NCBI GenBank assembly: GCA_018985225.1
Contig: JADGIF010000276.1
Location: 1-11,936, forward strand
Source of the DNA: Amoeboradix gromovi X-113
Lineage: Eukaryota; Fungi; Sanchytriomycota
Length of the DNA stretch: 11,936 nt
Direction of reading: 5' to 3'
The position numbers were made by a program, and so were the translations under genes. How positions within the stretch are numbered: position 1 is the stretch's first letter; each line of letters starts with the position of its first letter. Below are positions 7,819 through 11,936 of this stretch, one piece after another. Below the pieces are notes generated by a model. It was not told the origin of the DNA, searched no databases, and saw only the letters and a program-made list of their open reading frames with translations.

Positions 7819-8823
7819 ATGACACTTGAGAACGAGCCCAGTCCTGATAGTTTAACTATCCAATCATTTAAAAGCGTTCAACTACAGCTGCCGTTGACAA
7901 CTTCCAGCACAGAGGTCTATATCGGAAGGTTTCCAGAGTCTACTCCTTCAGTTCAAATTCAAGCTTTTAATCTCAAAGTGTCCAAGTTGCACGCAATCAT
8001 CAATCTAAATGGCAATCAAGACGGTATCACCATTCATTGTAAATCCAAAAATGGATTGTTCGTGAACAACAATTACGTTGATTATGAAGAAGTTGTAAGC
8101 TGCACTTTAAAAGATAAAATCTTCATTGGAAATTCACTATACCATTTCAGGTTAAGCAAAGACTTTAAACAGTGTTCAAGCATTGGTACTGCTTTGGTAC
8201 CCACAAGCGATGATAACTTGACTTCTGAAGCACATGTCTTTAATAAATTCAAAAACTCTGACCCGAGTTCCGAGTTAGTGGATGTAATAAGTTTAGACAA
8301 AGAGAATAAGCAGAAGGTTTCCAAGTCTGTTACTAAATCGGTTAAATTTACTAATAATGTTGAATCTGTGGAAAATATTCCTCCGTTAAATTCAACGGAT
8401 CTTCCATCGCACATTCCACTGTATGACGCAAATGAAGCGACGGATTTCCCTGAAAACCTCATAGATTTAGTTATTGAAACTATTGCATTAAGCGGTCAAA
8501 ATCATTTAACTGTCAGCGCTATAAACCAGGCAATATGCATGAAATTTCATTTTGGTAATCTCAAAAGCCAGATAAGAGAGATACTTCAGAACAACAACTT
8601 TTTTGCGCGCCGTACGGATTCGGGAGTAACTAACAAGATGTGGACATATTTGCCAAACAAGGATTGGGATCGGGAAAGAGGCGAACTCTACTCACATTGC
8701 ATGTCTCAGTTACCTAGTAGGCAATCTAAGATGGGAGTCAAGAGGTATTACTTTAAACCTGTATCCCTTCCAAATGAGAAAAAAAAGAAAAAAAAGATGA
8801 ATGATGATGAATACGTTGTCTAA
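7819..8823 (+). CDS. FHA-domain protein, Tos4/Plm2-like transcriptional regulator
   Basis: N-terminal FHA motifs (IGR..., VSKLHA, SKNGLFVN). The C-terminal WTYLPNKDWDRER....R.SK...KRYYFKP resembles the Tos4/Plm2 tail, followed by a poly-Lys NLS-like stretch. Confidence 0.75.
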   Translation: MTLENEPSPDSLTIQSFKSVQLQLPLTTSSTEVYIGRFPESTPSVQIQAFNLKVSKLHAIINLNGNQDGITIHCKSKNGLFVNNNYVDYEEVVSCTLKDKIFIGNSLYHFRLSKDFKQCSSIGTALVPTSDDNLTSEAHVFNKFKNSDPSSELVDVISLDKENKQKVSKSVTKSVKFTNNVESVENIPPLNSTDLPSHIPLYDANEATDFPENLIDLVIETIALSGQNHLTVSAINQAICMKFHFGNLKSQIREILQNNNFFARRTDSGVTNKMWTYLPNKDWDRERGELYSHCMSQLPSRQSKMGVKRYYFKPVSLPNEKKKKKKMNDDEYVV

Positions 8824-9105
8824 TTAATAAATACATAAAATACTAGCACATTACTTAGTTTCCGAATTTCATTTTAAGATAGATTCTTCACGAGAATGAG
8901 TCTACCATTGCCGTACATTGGAATTAAACAACGAAAATTTATGAAATAATGATTGAATGATACCACACACAAGGCAAGCAAATATATGCTAGGGTTCTCT
9001 AATCATTGTTTTCTCATCAGCAGAGGATTACCATATGGTACGCAAACGGATAAACCAAAACCAATCCATCTGGCGGTCAGTTGGAAGTATCGTAAAAACT
9101 AACAT

Positions 9106-9486
9106 CTATTTATTGCAAAAGTCCTTGTAATCCTCTGCGCTCATCAGGCCTGTAGCATCAGAGCCTACTTCTATCTTAGCTAACCATCCGCTCTCCTCTG
9201 GACTCTCGTTAATCAGATTCGGATTGTCGTTCAGCTTGGCATTCACCTCGACGACCCTTCCGCTTATTGGCGAGTACACATCACTTGCTGCTTTTACGCT
9301 CTCCACTGCGCCAAGCACCTCTCCCTGATCTACCTCCGAACCTACAGACTTGACCTCTACAAATACCACTTCCCCGAGCGCCTTCTGTGCAAAATTAGAG
9401 ATGCCCACTGTTCCTATATTTTTGTTCAACTTTACCCATTCGTGGTCCTTTGTATACTTTATCTGGCGAATGATTCTTCCAAGCAT
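9106..9486 (-). CDS. GCV3: Glycine cleavage system H protein
   Basis: KYTKDHEWV, VGISNFAQKALGEVVFVE, lipoyl-Lys motif GAVESVKAASDVYSP, and INESPEESGWL. The start is probably the Met at 9486 (MLGRIIRQ); 9510 is the alternative. Confidence 0.95.
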   Translation of the reverse strand: MLGRIIRQIKYTKDHEWVKLNKNIGTVGISNFAQKALGEVVFVEVKSVGSEVDQGEVLGAVESVKAASDVYSPISGRVVEVNAKLNDNPNLINESPEESGWLAKIEVGSDATGLMSAEDYKDFCNK

Positions 9487-9656
9487 CTCCTTTGTAAGGT
9501 GAATGTGCATCGCTGGTCTTGAAAACGGATGGACATAGTATCTCAGTATTCTTGTGAATTCAACATCACTAGAAGCTTGCAGATTTTCGATATTCGTCTC
9601 AGCCTATGAAATTGAAATTAAGGTACATAAGAATCATTGGATCTAAGCAAGTCCAA

Positions 9657-9899
9657 ATGCTCACATCATTCATTCTACTCTTGACTTGGGTATCTGCAAG
9701 TGCGCCAGCCAACTGCGGTGGCATGAGACGACAGAAACCTAGTACTCCACAAGGACAGTGTTATCTCCATTGTATTGATTATCGTCGTAAAAATGAATAC
9801 ACGAAGAATAATTGCCTCATGAAAAAAGAATACCGTGTACCTGGGCCGTTGATGATAGTCCGGAGTAAATACTGTCATTGCGCAGGTTTATGCCAATAG
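9657..9899 (+). CDS. Small secreted cysteine-rich protein, defensin-like
   Basis: Signal-peptide-like MLTSFILLLTWVSA followed by a cationic domain with 7 Cys, including CxxxC and CxC. Confidence 0.6.
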   Translation: MLTSFILLLTWVSASAPANCGGMRRQKPSTPQGQCYLHCIDYRRKNEYTKNNCLMKKEYRVPGPLMIVRSKYCHCAGLCQ

Positions 9900-9942
9900 T
9901 AAAGCTAGCAAAATAAATCATTCTTTGTTTGCTTTTTGTTAG

Positions 9943-11236
9943 ATCACTGGCTCCACCAGAAGAGATGGGCGGATAGCATACTTGTGGCTTGTTCAACCAC
10001 ATTACGAGCGATATGAAATATGGCCACCCAATTCTGGATCTATATTCATTGATGAAAAGAAGGAATACATTTTTATCCCATAGGAAGAATCTGCAGAAAG
10101 AATTGTTTGTGCAATAAAGGCAGTGTGATCGCAATTGACGGGTTATTCCATCAAAATTAAGAAGCGTTTGCTTCAAACGTATAGTAATTTTGTAAACTTG
10201 GGTCCTAATGAACTCTCTAGTTTAGAATCAGATCTTGAATGTTTGCCTGTATCTCAACCACTCCTTAAGTTTTATCAGTTGGGACTATCGAGCGATTCTA
10301 AGGATGAAGAACAGCTGGAAAGTAAACTAAAAGAGATCTCCAAACAAAGACAACATTTGCAGCACTACATTATGGAGAGCGGCACTGTGAAAATGAATAT
10401 GGAAGATTGGATAGATGATGAACAATCCAAATTGGTTGACAATGAGCCGGAAATTCATGTTCATAAATTAGATGCCATCACAAATCAGCAAGTGGAACAC
10501 ATTGATCTGGAGTCGGATGCAGAAATAGAAATAGCACCTGATAAGAAAGTATTAAGTAATTCAGAAATTAAACGGATCATGCGTCAGAGAAAGAAGAGAA
10601 TAAATACTGCAAATGAACAAGGCTGAAGGCTTCCTGAAAGGCAAGAAAAATCTGAGAAAGAGAGTGAAGCACACGCAACAACACTTGAGGATTTGGAAGA
10701 GGCACTCGGAAATGAAGAAAAGGCTGGGTTAGAATTAATGAAAAAATTACTGCAAGAGAATTAGGAATTGCAAGATAAGGAAATGAATTCAGATTATAAC
10801 AAGGATGAATAAATGCTTGATATTGATGACAATGTATTGGAACTAGAAAATAGCGACAGTTTTTCAGGTTATGTTAGCGATGTCAAAATGCAAAAAAACA
10901 AAAGCGTCATTGGCTCAGACAGCGACACTAACTGTTCAAAGCAAGATGGGCCTAAAACAATAACAAATGTTGTGCCAACTCAGGAGACTTTGTTCTTTCC
11001 ATACTCTGCCCAAAACGCAATCATACAAGAAGAAATAAAATCAGAATAAGATGATGAAATACAGAAGAAAATTGTCCAAAATGCACTGAAGCGGCAATCA
11101 GAAACTCGCTCTACTTTGAGCCAGCAAATTCAACAAAATAAGAACCGAACAAATTGAAGCGCAGATTTCTGAAGATGGACTGGGACTTGACCAGAGCCAT
11201 AATGAGATGAATACAGATGACGAGTTGGATCTTTAA
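9943..11236 (+). pseudogene. Decayed ORF of about 430 codons, acidic/coiled-coil, family unknown
   Basis: ORFs 10135-10626 and 10813-11049 are in the same frame. That frame runs 9943-11157 with isolated stops at 10081, 10126, 10624, 10762, 10810, 11047 and 11155. An apparent frameshifted tail ends at 11236. Confidence 0.65.
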
Positions 11237-11400
11237 TCCCAGCTACTTTTGGTTTTCAAAGCAAGTTTGATACAAAAATTGTCATCAAATTACTGTGTGG
11301 TATGGGTGTCCTTGTCTATATTTTGGCAATATTTTCAATATAAAAAAAGCTCAGACAAGGTTTGCCTTGATAATAAATAATTTTATTTCATAACAAGATT

Positions 11401-11925
11401 TTACGGCATTGAGAATACATCTTCCAAGTAATCAGTATTCCATTGGCATGGTACATCAATTATTTTTACAGCCATTTCGATTGTGTCTTCTTCTGGTTTG
11501 AGCAAATAATTAGTCAACAAGTTTGCACTGACACTCTAAATTGCCACTTTATTATTTTCAGTTAAATTTGGTTTTAATGTACTCAAAGTATCCTGCATTA
11601 CTTCGTAATCCCAATATTTGAGCGATGCCAACTTATTCCATTTACTATCTGAAAGACTGATAGAGCTACCAACAATTGAATTTACGGCCAATTCTGTATA
11701 TTTCTTTATCAGTTTTGAATAAAACCAATCAAATAGCGTTTCTTTCCTAAGTTCAGTAATTCTATCAAAAACCCTGCTAGTTTCTTTAAAATCTGAGTCG
11801 TTCAAGTTGAGAGAACGAAGTAATTTTGATGGAAATTGATTTGGCAAATAGAGTAGACCTTGTTGTTTTAACTCGCATCGAACCTCGGCAAAAGAGAAGA
11901 ATAATAATTTACTAACCAATTTTTG
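11401..11925 (-). pseudogene. Decayed ORF of unknown type, probably continuing beyond the window
   Basis: The 127-aa ORF has no ATG start and is preceded by an in-frame TAA. The frame stays open for 44 more codons after TAG 11536. Confidence 0.45.
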
Positions 11926-11936
11926 TTAAAAAGCTT

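Noticed and set aside
8824-9105. Possible ncRNA or small gene between the convergent FHA and GCV3 genes
   Set aside because: No tRNA, snRNA or snoRNA signature recognised, and no convincing ORF.
9623-9651. GTACAT donor like that of the NAD kinase intron, upstream of the cysteine-rich ORF
   Set aside because: Neither candidate acceptor keeps ATG 9606 in frame with the Cys-rich ORF. At most it is an unsupported 5'-UTR intron.
1108-10176. Antisense ORFs 1108-1317, 3816-4022, 6199-6381, 7288-7545, 8082-8462, 9675-9878 and 9817-10176
   Set aside because: They are shadows of better-supported genes or pseudogenes on the opposite strand and have no recognisable motifs.
9943-11236. Stop-codon reassignment (TAA/TAG read as Gln) explaining the in-frame stops
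   Set aside because: Conserved genes have no internal stops and end at the expected positions with TAA (RPL18, BolA), TAG (GCV3) and TGA (TFG1). All three stop types interrupt the decayed frame.

Overview
AT-rich, very gene-dense eukaryotic DNA, most likely from an early-diverging fungus or close relative; this taxon is inferred, not shown. It uses the standard genetic code. Recognisable host genes are TFIIF alpha (TFG1), an NAD kinase split by a 19-nt GT-AG intron, a BolA3-type protein, RPL18, a Tos4/Plm2-like FHA protein and glycine-cleavage H protein. There is also an orphan 304-aa ORF and a small secreted cysteine-rich, defensin-like ORF. The most striking structure is 2661-3803, where two differently deleted copies of an IS607-type element (TnpA serine recombinase plus Fanzor2/TnpB) lie tail-to-tail about 57 bp apart. 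Both keep the left end and a conserved, structured right end (candidate omegaRNA scaffold), while the protein genes are destroyed. Much of the remaining intergenic DNA is decayed coding sequence, including a DDE-transposase remnant.
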